NCBI RefSeq assembly: GCF_964355755.1
Contig: NC_092674.1
Span: 17,422,001-17,486,000, forward strand
Length of the DNA stretch: 64,000 nucleotides
From: Antedon mediterranea
Lineage: Eukaryota; Animalia; Echinodermata
Direction of reading: 5' to 3'
The translations under genes were made by a program, and so were the position numbers. The first letter of the stretch is position 1, and each line of letters starts with the position of its first letter. Below the pieces are notes generated by a model, which had not been told where the DNA came from, did not search any database, and saw only the letters and a list, made by a program, of their open reading frames with translations. This document shows positions 40,896-53,293 of this stretch, one piece after another.

Positions 40896-42820
40896 TAGCA
40901 TAATTATTGAATTTTAAACAATAGAAATTTTGGCCATTTTTCGAAAAAATTCCTATGATCCCCTGCAGGGAAATTTTCGCAAAAATGGCCAAATTTCAAA
41001 CCTTTTATTTTTTGATATAACTAGTTACTATGGCTCTATAATATGATGTTAGCACAATATATTTGCATAAAATATTTCGATCCTTTTATTTGTTGACATA
41101 ACTCGTTACTATGGCTCTATAAGATGATGTTAACACAATATATGTGCATAAATGACAATATTATAGCATAATTATTGAATTTTAAAAAGTGGAAAATTTT
41201 GCCATTCTTCGAAAAAATTCCTGTGGTCCCACGTAGGGAAATTTTCGAAAAAAAGGCCAAATTTCGACTCTTTTATTTTTTGACATAACTAGTAACTATG
41301 GCTCTATAAGATGATGTTAGCACAATATATTTGCATGAATGGCAATATTATAGCATTATTTTCGAATTTTAAAAATTGAAAATTTTGTCCATTTTTCGAA
41401 AAAATTCCTATGTTCCCCCGCAGAAAAATTTTCGAAAAATTGCCAAATTTCAACTCTTTTATTTGTTGACATAACTCGTTACCATGGCTCTATAAGATGA
41501 CGTTAGCAAAATATATCTGTATAAATGGCAATATTATAGCATAATTTTCGAATTTTGAAAAGTGGAAATTTTGGCCATTTTTCGAAAAAAATCCGTTATT
41601 TTCGAAAAATGGTCAAATATTCAACCCTTTTATTTTTTGACATAACTCGTTACCATTGCTCTATAAGATGATGTTAGCAAACTATATCTGTATAAATGGC
41701 AACATTATAGCATAATTATCGAATTTTGAAAAGTGGAAATTTTTGCCATTTTTCGAAAAAATTCATATGGTCCCCCGCAGGGAAGTTTTCGGAAAATGTC
41801 CAAATTTCGACCATTATGTCCTTAAATCTCGACAACCACTGGTCACAACGAGGTAAATTTGGTCTCAAATTGATCAGAAGGTATACATTCATATTCAGTC
41901 TAATGAAACATTTTAGTCGAAAATGACCGGAAATGCCATTTCTGACCTTTGACCTGTATCTCCGTAACTATTGGCCGTAGAGATTTGAATTTGGGCTCAA
42001 AATATACATTTAGTTATTTGTTACACATTTTGAACAATGTTACAAATGGTCAAACGGTCAAGGCCAGGGGTTATATGAATAAACAAAAATAGGTATTTGT
42101 ATCACAGCGAGTAAATTTTGGTCTCAAAATGTTCAGAAGGTATACATTCATATTCAGTCTAATGAAACATTTTAGTAAAAAATGACCGGAAATGACATTT
42201 CTGACCTTTGATATACATACCAGGGCATCTTCTTATCTCTGTAAGTACAGGTCGTAGAAACTTAAATTGAGTATCAAATTGTTAGAAATACACATATTTA
42301 CATTCATTCTAACAGAAAATTTGGATAAAAGATGATCAGAAATACTATTAATTACTAATCTTTTAAATGAAAAACATATCTACCCAACTTATCATTAGAC
42401 AGTAATGTTATGATTTGATTTGATTTGATTTGATTTATTTCGGCATCAGTACATAAAAAATCACAGACATACAATTAAAATTAGCAAATATAAAAATACC
42501 AAAAAAACAAGGATGCCAAGGATAACTCATAAAAGTCCTCTACGGACTTGTTTCCAATGAGGTCCTTTGAAAGAACAGCAAAAAGACAAACAATGCAACA
42601 GATAAAAATTACAAAAAACAGCAAAAAAGGACTATCGAAAAAAGAAGAAGCGCTTATTAAATGTAGATACTTTTTAACTTTACTTTTAAAACAACAAACA
42701 GTTTGTGATTCCTTAATGTTAATTGGTAAATTATTCCATTCTTTAATAGCATTGTAAAAAAAGGTCACATGTGCCATTGGCTTGATAGTTGGGATTCTAA
42801 AATTTAAATTGCATCCCCTA

Positions 42821-45800
42821 TTTATTTATTTATTTGGAATTACACCTTTAGATCGGTGGCACACTTAGCACAAAGGTGCATCCTTCACAATATAAAATAT
42901 AACAATTAACAGAAAAGTAAAAAAAGGCAAAAGCAACTATCAACCCCTAACCTACACCCCCCCCCCCCCCCCCCCACCCCCCAAATTTACATCGATACAT
43001 ACAGTAGATCATTACTTTACACAATGAATACAAAACAAGATATAGTAAAAGTGTATAAAATAAAATAAAATCAGCTGATAAACACAGCTTATTACGAAAA
43101 ACCCCCAACTCCTCCCCCTCCCACTTTTTTTTCAATTTACTTAATGTAGCAATGTAGATAACATAGTTTTTGAGTCATGGAATTCAGTGAATCATTTCGA
43201 AATTGCCATGCTTGTTTTAGGTATCTTTTACAAAAACTATCCAAAATATTTTCACACTCTTCATCAATTAAATTATCTGAGTATCCCAAAATATATTTAA
43301 GTTTGTCATTTTCAGGAGAAGTATAAAAAGTATCAAACATATCTTTGCTGCCATTTCTATACATATCCACATATAAATTAAATAATTCCTGATTACGTAT
43401 ATTATTTAAAGCTGGACAATTAAGGATGAAATGATGGATGTCTTCGTCCGAATTTGTACCGCACAATTTACATTTTTTATTGTTATCAATATTCCAATTT
43501 GCAGTTCTATCATTCAAAGGTAGAGTATTTGAACGAGCTTTAAATTTTAATGCAGCACCTTCAAAATTAGTTTTATCAATTAAGTAATTTTCAAGTCCAG
43601 GTTTTGATTTTAATGTTTCATAGATGTGGAGACTTGATTTATTTTGTAATTCAATTCTCCATTCATCTATCATTATATAGTTAAGTTTTCTTAAGATTTC
43701 AGAAATTGGAAAGTAGACTTCTTTATAATTTGAGAGAGTGGTGAAAATATTTTTGGATTCACAATTACACTTCAAGAGAATATCGTTTATACAAGATAGA
43801 AACTTATACCTTAAGTCTTTAAATTCACAATTAAGTTGTAGCATTCCAAGAAACATAATTTTTGGCCATCGATAGTTTTCCATCTTTATAATTCTATGGA
43901 AGTATTTCATACGAAGAGCGTTATGAATCTCGTTAATTGGAGACCAACCAAGCTCTCCATATAAGGCGGCACAAGGTGTATTTCGAGGTGCTTTTAAGAT
44001 ATAACGTGCCATTTGGAGCTGGAGACGCTCTAGTTTATCTATATCTATTCTACTTAAAGAGCACCATACTGAACAACCATAGTTGATAGATGGGAGAACT
44101 ATCGATCTCCACAGAGTATCCCCATAATATACTCTGTTAAAGTTATCAAAGCTACTGATAATTGATTTAACGTACGCTATTAATCTTTGACCTTTTTTTA
44201 TAACATTCTCAATTTGTATATGGTCATTTAATTTACGAGAAATATGTACACCGAGATATTTATATGATTCAGTTTCAGATATAAAGCCATTACCTAATTT
44301 CCATTGTCTTACTTTATCAACACGTTTACCAGTTATCAGTATATTTGACTTTTCAAAATTAAAGCATAATTTCCATTCCTTAGCAAAATTTCCTGCAAGG
44401 TCTAACATTCTTTTCATTTCCAGTTCATTGTTAGCTAATAATACAATATCATCAGCCCAAAAAAGGCTACCCATCCATGTATCATTTATTCTAATACCTA
44501 TATCCTTGGATCTTAACATTTTGGTAAACTCATTTATGTAGATGCTAAATAAAACTTTGCTTTACTCCTTGATCAATATCAAAAATATCTGTATCAATTA
44601 TACCAGAGGAGACTTTACCTTTAACATTAGCATAAAGCTTATCAATCATCCTCCATACCTTTCCTCTTATTCCTGTATTCCAAATTGATTTCATTAAGCC
44701 GTCTCTCCATACACTATCAAATGCTTTTCGGAAGTCCAAGAAGGCCATGTATGTATGCTTACCCTGTTGTAAGCGACAAGTTGCTATACTCTTTAAAACA
44801 AAGATATGATCTTCGCATCTATACGAAGGTCGAAAGCCTCCCTGGACTTCCGAAAGAATAGCATTGTCTTCAAGATAGAGAGAGATATTTTTGGCAACTA
44901 TCCTATTAAAAATTTTGGATATACAAGAGGTTAACGATATCCCTCGATAATTATTGAGATCATTGCGATCCCCTTTTTTGTAAATAGGAACAATTACACT
45001 AATATTCCACTCGCTTGGTATTTCTTCTAGTTTTAAAATTTGTAAAAATAGGTCTAATATAGATCTGATTAATTTGTCGCCACCATTCTTAATTAATTCA
45101 TTTGTTATATTATCTAGACCTGGTGACTTATTATTCTTTGCCATTAGTATAGCCTCTTTTACAATATCATAATCTATCTTAACATCATACAAACAATTTT
45201 CGTCAACATCTTTATCATATGTACAATTTGTTTTTGTTTGATTTCTAATATTATTAACAAAACGACTTGTAAGGTAAGTACCGCAATCATTAAGATTCAT
45301 ATTGGCTTTGCCAAGATTTTCCCAGTAATCTTTTACAACCTCATTTATTTTCACTTTTTCGACAATGTTTTCACCAGAGTCTCTTGATTTAATACATTGA
45401 ATATTTTTACTGTTATTTATATTGCCTTTTAGCACTTTCCAAAAGTCTTTACAAGATTTACCACCTTTGTTTGCAATTTCAATAGATTTGCTAACACGTT
45501 TTTCTGTGATTTTCTGAGCAACAAGTTGCTTAACATGTTTCTGTGTCTCTTTATAATGTTCCCACAGTGTAACGCCATTATCATAATTCATAGTATTATT
45601 TGTGTTATTATTATCAGTACAGTTCCTATTAGTAATTTTATTATTTTTAACCCATGTTCTGTGTTCTCGCGACGCAATTTTCCTTTTTTTGATGGCATCG
45701 TCTATCTCTTTGTCAAACCACGGTTTGTTTTTATTATTTACACGTCTAATTCCGATACCTTCAGTGGCTGCCTCGATAATTTTTTCCTTCCACAAATCCC

Positions 45801-46841
45801 ATGTAGTATCGATATTCTTTTCGTTACTAACATTCCAGTCATTAAATTTTTCTTCAACTTTTTGTTGATACAAGGAATAATCTTGGTTATGTTTAATATC
45901 CCGAATTGGTTTATTTTGATTACTTGTCTGTTGATTACTTATGTTAAGATTATTTAGTGTTAACCATAACACACAATGGTCACTCCCAAAACTAAATTGT
46001 CTATGCTCATCAATAATTAGTTTATTTACATAATTTATTAAGGATTTTGAGCATAACATGTAGTCTATCGTGCTTTGTTGATTATTTCTTTGCCATGTTA
46101 TTTTACCTTCACAAAAAATAGTACTATTGAGGTTAGTTAAATTAGCGTTTTTAGTAAATTGTATTAGCCTTTCTCCATGAGTTTATTACGGGGTCTCCGT
46201 TATATATGGAGTCACCAATCCGTGCGTTAAAATCACCTAGAAGTAGAATAAGAGGATTCATTTCCTTCTCTTCAATTCTAATTATTTCAGAGAGCAGTTG
46301 GGCGTATAGATCGTCAGTCAAATCATTGTTTACTCCCTGGACCGGGAAATATGCAACACAAATATATAATGGTACCTTATCTACGCTAACTTTTACCCAT
46401 AATCTTTCAAAATCATCTTCTATACAGTTTAAAACATTTTCAGATGTAACCACTATTTTGTCTGATAGGAATAACCCAATACCACCCCCCTTCTTCCCGT
46501 TACGTTCTTTCCCAACCCAGTTATAACCTTTAATAGAGATTGCGTTGCTCTCTTTTAAGTGTGGTTCAGCAATACCAAGTATATCAATACTCTTACTATA
46601 TATAAACTTTTCAATTTCATAAATCCTATGTTTGCTTAAGCAGTTAATATTATTAAAACATATATTTAGGCTATTTTTACCTACAGGTATATTTTTCTTT
46701 TTCTTTCTACCTCCTCTTCGGTGTTTTGTTTGTCGCTTTGGAGCTCGAGGATGTATATCGATGTTTAGTTCATTGTTAAGTTCATCAGGTAGGATGCTAT
46801 AAATGTTCGGTGTTTCGATATTAATATCTACATTGCTGGCG
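42821..46841 (-). mobile_element. 4.0-kb LINE (APE-RT-zinc finger; RTE-X-like, clade uncertain) nested in the older LINE
   Basis: (TAAA)n tail at 42821-42835. The host LINE frame SHNYNT|RGCNLNF is restored when 42821-46841 is removed. Confidence 0.92.
43137..46840 (-). pseudogene. LINE ORF2 (APE endonuclease, reverse transcriptase, C-terminal CCHC) with two disruptions
   Basis: APE motifs ICFNNIN, GIAEPH, GGGIG, LGDFNARIG, IDY and GSDH. RT motifs KSPGLD, NYRGISL, QGGFR, DFRKAFDSV, GVKQ, WADD and YKYLG. Zinc finger CKLC...HFILNC. Frameshift at ~46178, and a deletion of the usual GCxLSP segment at ~44557. Confidence 0.93.
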
Positions 46842-48326
46842 TAGTATTGTAATTATGACTGTCTGAAATTCTAATAAAACGATTGCATAAATAAGGTGGA
46901 CAACAATGATTATATATTTTAAAAACATGACAGACTCTAAGAAATTCGACACGGTCTTGGAATTTTAACATACCAACGTCGTTTAGCTGAGATTGACCAA
47001 CATGAGATCGGGGACCTAACTTTTTTATAAAAAGAACCATTTTGTTTTGAGTCGTTTGTAATTTTGATTTTAAATTTTTATTTACCGTAGAAGACCATGA
47101 GCAAACCGAATAATCGAACATCGGTTGGATTAAAGCAAAACTAAGAATTTGAATTAAGAAATGATGATTGGCGGTACAGAAATTTCAGTCTGCCGTTTGC
47201 TTTGTTTATAACAGAGCGGGCAATGAGGTCACCTGATACATTTTGGTCAATCTCAATACCTAGATATTTGATAGATTGTGATCCATTTATAGTCGTTCCA
47301 AAGCAATCAATATAGAATTCGTTTACTTTGCTTAATCTACGTTTAGAACCAAACAAGATGCCTTCGGTCTTATATGCTTTTCGCTCATATGAAGCGAAAG
47401 TTGATTGTCGATCAGCCAATTATTGCATGATACGAGATTGTTTTGGAGTTTAGATTGGATTGAGATTGGATCTTTATGGGAGTAAAAAATTGCACAATCG
47501 TCAGCGTACAAAACAACTTTACAATCACTTTCGATACTAGATGGTAGGTCGTTCACGTAAATGAGAAACAAGAGAGGACCCAAAAAGCTACCCTGTGGGA
47601 CTCCACATCCAATCTCAATAGAGTCCGATTTGGTACCTTTAATATCGACAATCTGATTTCGCCCAGACAGGTACGCTTGAAACCAACCGATAGACCGGCA
47701 TCCTAGATACTTAAGTGTTTTACACAAAATATCATGATTGACCGAGTCAAAGGCCTTTTGGACATCTAAGATGAATAAGACATGTGTCGGTAGAAAATGA
47801 TCTACGAAAACCGGATTGATGATCGTAGATAAGTTGATGCCTTTCAAGGTAATTGGAAACTTGTATATATACCACCTTCTCCAGAATTTTCGAAACTGAG
47901 GAGAGAATGCTTATAGGTCTATAATTGTTAGCCTCAGTTCTGGAATAATTGATGCTTAATGATTTCATTATACTGTAGGAATTAAAACAAATCCTTTACT
48001 GTTTGTAATAATTGTACTTTTGCTTATAATAATGCTAGAAAGTATTGTTGACCCCCGAACGTTCAAAAATTTTGAGAATGCTAGAAGTAATTTACTGTAG
48101 TTACCCGAATAAAAGCCTCGGGCATTTATTTATTCAGGGAAGGCGTTTATTTTGTTGGGTGTAATAATGGTAACATGTATAATCAAATAAATACACCCCA
48201 GATATATATATATATAAATATATTCAGGTTGAAATTTTCAGACCGTTTGGATAGAGTGCTCAATACCAAGGTAGAGCATAAATAAATAAAATAACAGCAG
48301 AAAACTTGGTTACTTCATTGTTTTAA

Positions 48327-48382
48327 TCACTACAAATTTGTTTCGTACGACCAGCATGTAGCTGGCCGCACTCTTCAGGTGA
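48327..48382 (-). ncRNA. Minimal type I hammerhead ribozyme in the Penelope pLTR
   Basis: Minus strand reads UCAC-CUGAAGA-GUGCGGCCAGC-UACAU-GCUGGUCGUAC-GAAA-CAAAUUUG-UA-GUGA. This gives a complete core, an 11-bp stem II with two GU pairs, a palindromic stem III, a GUA cleavage triplet and a 4-bp stem I. Confidence 0.9.
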
Positions 48383-48512
48383 AATATAAAACATAAGTGA
48401 CACAGTTGTCTCATAGTGCTTAATAAAAGTGAGTCATCAGGAAGTCGTATACAATAGCCTATTGTTTTAGATAAACTGTTTGGATCAGCAATTTAGTAAG
48501 AATTTTTTCCTA

Positions 48513-49678
48513 CTAGATGGTACGCTCGCTTCGCTCGCGTACCATCTAGGTTGTGCCCACAGATGGTTCTCGAATACATAATAATTTCAGCGTTAAAAAA
48601 CTGGCGATTTCAAATGTACGTACCGCAGGACAATAATACATGTCGTTTACAGGAACGAATAAATAGACACTGTGATTTATGTACTGAACTAAAATTAGCA
48701 CCCTGTGAATTACTTCCGAAAGAGAAACTTGTCACAAAATGAGAGCAATTGTTTAAGTCAAATTTAAACAAACTTAATTTGTGTTTTGTATGTAACGTTA
48801 GGGTTGAGGGATGGGAAAGAGGATGGGTGCAAAGAGGAACAATTTTTAAATATATTCTTTATCCATGTAGTAACGAAATATTAATTGTTTTCATGTTTTA
48901 CAAATAATATACCACTAAACACAGTAAAACATTGCGATGTAATACTTTGTTGAAACTATCACCGTCCTAGTCGATTGAAATAGTATAGTACATGTAACGA
49001 TACATCACTACGACGTGTATAATAATTATGTTTATATAATGTAAAATAATTTGTGAAAACCACCCCTATTCGTGGAAAATCATAAATTCGATTTAATCGT
49101 CAATAAATATTAAATTATCTAACTCAACTTAATTAGTATGCCTACTGGTTTTCAATTGTTTCTTAGAGCCAATTCATACTTAAGTTGGTTCCTAACCCTA
49201 CCCACCAAAGTTGTTCTGCGTTTAGGGCATGTGATGCACCGTAGGCCTATCCTCTACTGGCTTTACAACGCTACTCATGCCAGTGAGGGAAGGGTGATGA
49301 TGTCACGTGGGTGGTTTAACTGCAATAATAAAGATTTGTACATAATATACGGCGACTGAAAACGCTAGCTCATTATCCGTTAAAAAAAATCTATATCCAA
49401 CCTCTGCAGCACAGATTGAAAAAAAAATGGATCGACTTTCTGTTATGAGTATACAGTACTTGCCTTTACGACGCCTGAGGGAATAGACACTTGTGGAGAC
49501 CAATTGTTTAAGTCAAATTTAAACAAACTTAATTTGTGTTTTGTATGTAACATTAGGGTTGAGGGATGGGAAAGAGGATGGGTGCAAAGAGGAACAATTT
49601 TTAAATATATTCGAGTAAACATTCTAGAAATAACGCGCGATTTACCGAATTTTGCCCTTACGTAAATTTATATATAGA
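48513..49678 (-). mobile_element. Inner Helitron unit A (1166 bp) with its own 5' end
   Basis: A second 5' terminus TCTATATATAAATTTACGTAAGGGC at 49678; 49611-49678 matches ~51068-51135. Internal ~110-bp duplication (48746-48857 versus 49501-49612). Confidence 0.8.
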
Positions 49679-49819
49679 TAGCTGAAAACCGGTTGAACAG
49701 CTCGAGTACAGTATCATAATGTTGAAGACAGGCCGATTTTCTTTAAAAAAATACTATTTTGATAGATTTAATATACGTTTATGCAAATGTATTGATTTGA
49801 AATGAATGGAACATTCCAA

Positions 49820-50811
49820 TCTCTGTTCCACACGTGTCTATTCCCTCAGGCGTTGTAAAGGCAAGTACTGTATACTCATAACAGAAATTCGATCCATTTT
49901 TTTTTCAATCTGTGCTGCAGAGGTTGGATATAGATTTTTTTTAACGGATAATGAGCTAGCGTTTTCAGTCGCCGTATATTATGTACAAATCTTTATTATT
50001 GCAGTTAAACCACCCACGTGACATCATCACCCTTCCCTCACTGGCATGAGTAGCGTTGTAAAGCCAGTAGAGGATAGGCCTACGGTGCATCACATGCCCT
50101 AAACGCAGAACAACTTTGGTGGGTAGGATTAGGAACCAACTTAAGTATGAATTGGCTCTAAGAAACAATTGAAAACCAGTAGGCCTACTAATTAAGTTGA
50201 GTTAGATAATTTAATATTTATTGACGATTAAATCGAATTTATGATTTGCCACGAATAGGGGTGGTTTTCACAAATTATTTTACATTATATAAACATAATT
50301 ATTATACACGTCGTAGTGATGTATCGTTACATGTACTATACTATTTCAATCGACTAGGACGGTGATAGTTTCAACAAAGTATTACATCGCAATGTTTTAC
50401 TGTGTTTAGTGGTATATTATTTGTAAAACATGAAAACAATTAATATTTCGTTACTACATGGATAAAGAATATATTTAAAAATTGTTCCTCTTTGCACCCA
50501 TCCTCTTTCCCATCCCTCAACCCTAATGTTACATACAAAACACAAATTAAGTTTGTTTAAATTTGACTTAAACAATTGGTCTCATTTTGTGACAAGTTTC
50601 TCTTTCGGAAGTAATTCACAGGGTGCTAATTTTAGTTCAGTACATAAATCACAGTGTCTATTTATTCGTTCCTGTAAACGACATGTATTATTGTTCTGCG
50701 GTACGTACATTTGAAATCGCCAGTTTTTTAACGCTGAAATTATTATGTATTCGAGAACCATCTGTGGGCACGACCTAGATGGTACGCGAGCGAAGCGAGC
50801 GTACCATCTAG
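49820..50811 (+). mobile_element. Helitron unit B, inverted near-identical copy of unit A's 3' ~985 bp
   Basis: Begins A|TC and ends with the same hairpin and CTAG|T at 50811. The ORF track shows mirror-image translations (48551+ versus 50582-, 49138+ versus 49965-). Confidence 0.82.
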
Positions 50812-51135
50812 TTAAAAACAATTATCGTAGGAGGAGATAGGAAAATGCGAAGCCTCCTCGCATTTTTGTGGCGGGTATTTTTCAAGATGGACATCCATTA
50901 GACAGTGTATACCACGATCGGAAAACACCCCTATTTGGGGCAAATCGTTGAACCTAAATTCGTTTTAATCGTCAATAACTAATTATCGAACTCAATTTAA
51001 TTAGTAAACAGGGTTACATCAGGCGGTTAAAATCAGTACCGAAAGTACGAACCAACTTTATATACCATCGAGTAAACATTCTAGAAATAACGCGCGATTT
51101 ACCGAATTTTGCCCTTACGTAAATTTATATGTAGA

Positions 51136-53052
51136 TGTCTACAAGTAGAGACTAACTCGTTCTTACGGTTCAGTGAGCATAGCTCTGGTTGACATATAAT
51201 AACATACTTTTCATATATACATAAATTACATCTTTTGTTAATATTTGAGTAAGGTTTGCATTTCTTTATAATTTTCCATTTAATTGAGTAATTTGTTTTA
51301 GAGTCTTTAAGTGTCCATATATATTTACTGAGTTCCGTTGCATTTCTTAGTTTTTCGTTCCGGAATGAAGACGTATGGTTTCTGTATCTGGTTTTAAACT
51401 GGTTTTCAGTTAGTCCGACATATGTTTCTTCTTTTGATGAATCTTCTCTCTTTACTGTAGCTTGGTAAACTACACCTTTTGTTAGGCAGTTACCTGGGAG
51501 CGGGCATTCATTGGGATTGCGGCAGTTACATTCGCTTGTTTTCGCGTTGGTTTCAGTAGACTTTTCTTTGGCTATCACATATTTGTTGTGTGCGTTAATT
51601 ACTTTGTCTACGCTGGGCATGCAACTGTAGCTTAGTTTCAAGGTATTTTTGTTAAATATTTTTCTGAGCTTGTTGCCGGCAGGAAAAAAATCTTCTACTA
51701 TAGCTAAAAACTTGTGGCCGATGTTGGTTGCTACGTTTTTGCTGAATGGTGGGTTAAACCAAATTATGTTTCTGGTACGTGATTTTTTGGGCTTCTGCTG
51801 TTCAGCATTGAACTCAAGTTGATGATTGTATCCACTTTCTTTGAGGGCTTCCTGGTATAGGGGTGCAGATGCATGAAATGTATCTTTGTCTGATGAGATG
51901 TCAGAAAGGCGTCTATTTATAGCAAGTGGGATGTTTCGGATAATAGATGGAGGATGGTTGCTGTCATGGTGCACGTAGGTTGGTTTGTTATTAGGCTTAG
52001 TGAAAGGTCGGAAGATCCCTGTCCTTAGGTCGAACGTTGACTATTTTCTTGTTAGCATCAATTGTTAGCTTGAGGTTGTTCTCCTGGAAAACCTTACAAA
52101 TATCTTTCTTGATTAGCTCAATCGTTTTGGCTGATTTGCGAAACGCGGCTAGGCCATCGTCGCGGTATAGACCAATTTGGTTGCCATATTTGTTAGACAG
52201 TTGCGACAAAAGATATGTACCTACGATTTCACAGGTTTCAGCACCATCAAAGCTTCCCATTGTGACGTCAAACACAGGTTGGTTTTCAGTTCCTTTTTTG
52301 CACCATGTAGCGTTATCATGGAAAAGGAGTGACTTTTTCGCTTGGATAATAATATTTGTTTCTTCATCGGAGATTGCTTCAAACTCGGAGGCGAATTCAA
52401 GAGCTTTTTTAAGTAGGTCACTGGTTATTGACGGGCAGAAATCAACTATGTCGAAGCAAATAAACGAGTGCTTCTCCTTGTTTTGAATGTTCTTATACCA
52501 TTCGATAACAGAATTAGTGTTCTTCCATTGATTTAATCCTGTAGACGCTATTATTTTCTTATTTATTCTTTCAAGGATTTGTTTACTTACGATGCCAATT
52601 TCTGATTTCGATGGGTTGATCAATCTACATGTCGGGTTGTTCTCGAAGTTGGGTTTGTGGTCTTTTAGTGTTATAAAAGCTTCCTTCTCGGCTAAACGCT
52701 CGATTCTGCTTTCCAATTTTAGTTGTGCGGCGGTTTCATATTCATCTCTGGCTAATTTAGAAGTTGTGCTTTTGTTCGTCTTCTTATAAGATTTTGTAAC
52801 ATTGTTGTTGAGTAGATTGTTGTATACTGGGGTATCGACTCGATAAAAATTCGTTGTTTTGTCAGCGGGTATTATTAGCTTGTGGTCTTTTTTGATTTTG
52901 TTGACATCTTCTAGCAATTTATCTTGGAATTCGCTGTTGCAATTCTTGAATTGAACATTTCTGACAAGATTTAACATTTTTTCTTCAAATTCACAAAGCT
53001 CCACTACGGGTTTCGGAGATGTAGATGTTTTAAATCCATACGTTTCATTCAA
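51136..53052 (-). pseudogene. Penelope-like RT + GIY-YIG endonuclease ORF (5'-truncated, frameshifted; last codons displaced to <48513)
   Basis: ADKT, PTCRLI, FDIVDF, MGSFDG, YRDDG, SNHP, WFNPPFS, CNC...CP...C, VVY...YVGLT, FKTRYRNH and CNLC. A small deletion at ~52036 removes the expected FLD motif and shifts the frame. The C-terminus STCRH|RKKFLL is split by the Helitron. Confidence 0.95.
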
Positions 53053-53066
53053 CGTTTCATAGGTAC

Positions 53067-53293
53067 ATTAACAAAGATATATATAAAAAGTATGTTATTA
53101 TATGTCAACCAGAGCTATGCTCACTGAACCGTAAGAACGAGTTAGTCTCTACTTGTAGACATAGGAAAAAATTCTTACTAAATTGCAGATCCAAACAGTT
53201 TATCTAAAACAATAGGCTATTGTATACGACTTCCTGATGACTCACTTTTATTAAGCACTATGAGACAACTGTGTCACTTATGTTTTATATTTC
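53067..53293 (+). repeat. Inverted copy of the Penelope 3' end (partial pLTR)
   Basis: Reverse complement of 51136-51243 joined directly to 48381-48512. Confidence 0.92.

Larger units (their letters stand above)
35627..41811 (+). repeat. ~185/132-bp AT-rich satellite, block 1 (interrupted at 36478-38108, 40361-40555 and 40631-40895)
   Basis: The anchor GACATAACTAGTTACTATGGCTCTATAAGATGATGTTAGCAC recurs at e.g. 35714, 35901, 36033 and 36223 (spacings 187, 132, 190). Confidence 0.95.
42413..47940 (-). mobile_element. 5'-truncated, degenerate LINE (L2/CR1 group-like), split into 42413-42820 and 46842-47940
   Basis: RT fragments NYRPISILSSVSKILEK, QSGFR, DVQKAFDSV, GVPQGSFLGPLLF, LYADD and KYLG in frameshifted ORFs 46828-47968. 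C-terminus FFYNAIKEWNNLP...FKSKVKKYL at 42660-42777. Minus-strand AATAAA followed by a (TCAAA)n tail at 42413-42440. Confidence 0.93.
48513..51135 (-). mobile_element. Composite non-autonomous Helitron insertion (2.6 kb)
   Basis: Minus strand A|TCTACATATAAATTTACG ... hairpin CTAGATGGTACGC-GAGCGAAGCGA-GCGTACCATCTAG|T, inserted at A^T with no TSD. The empty site AGACA^TAGGAA is preserved at 53157-53167. Confidence 0.88.
48222..53293 (-). mobile_element. Penelope-like retroelement, 5'-truncated, with an inverted partial pLTR at its 5' side
   Basis: PLE-type RT and GIY-YIG ORF, a 3' pLTR at ~48222-48512 containing a hammerhead and abutting a (TA)n tract, and an inverted copy of the 3' end at 53067-53293. 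Confidence 0.92.

Noticed and set aside
36044-41926. Small ORFs in the 185-bp satellite (also 58952-59677)
   Set aside because: Chance translations of tandem repeat monomers.
45526-46526. Plus-strand ORFs over the LINE (also 52037-52789 over Penelope)
   Set aside because: Antisense shadows of the real minus-strand frames.
48400-48445. Second CUGAUGA with a CUCA/UGAG stem upstream of the real hammerhead (also at 53234)
   Set aside because: It is followed by ACAA instead of GAAA and has no stem I partner; at best a decayed relic.
48551-50821. Paired small ORFs on both strands
   Set aside because: They are mirror translations of the inverted Helitron copies and show no protein motifs.
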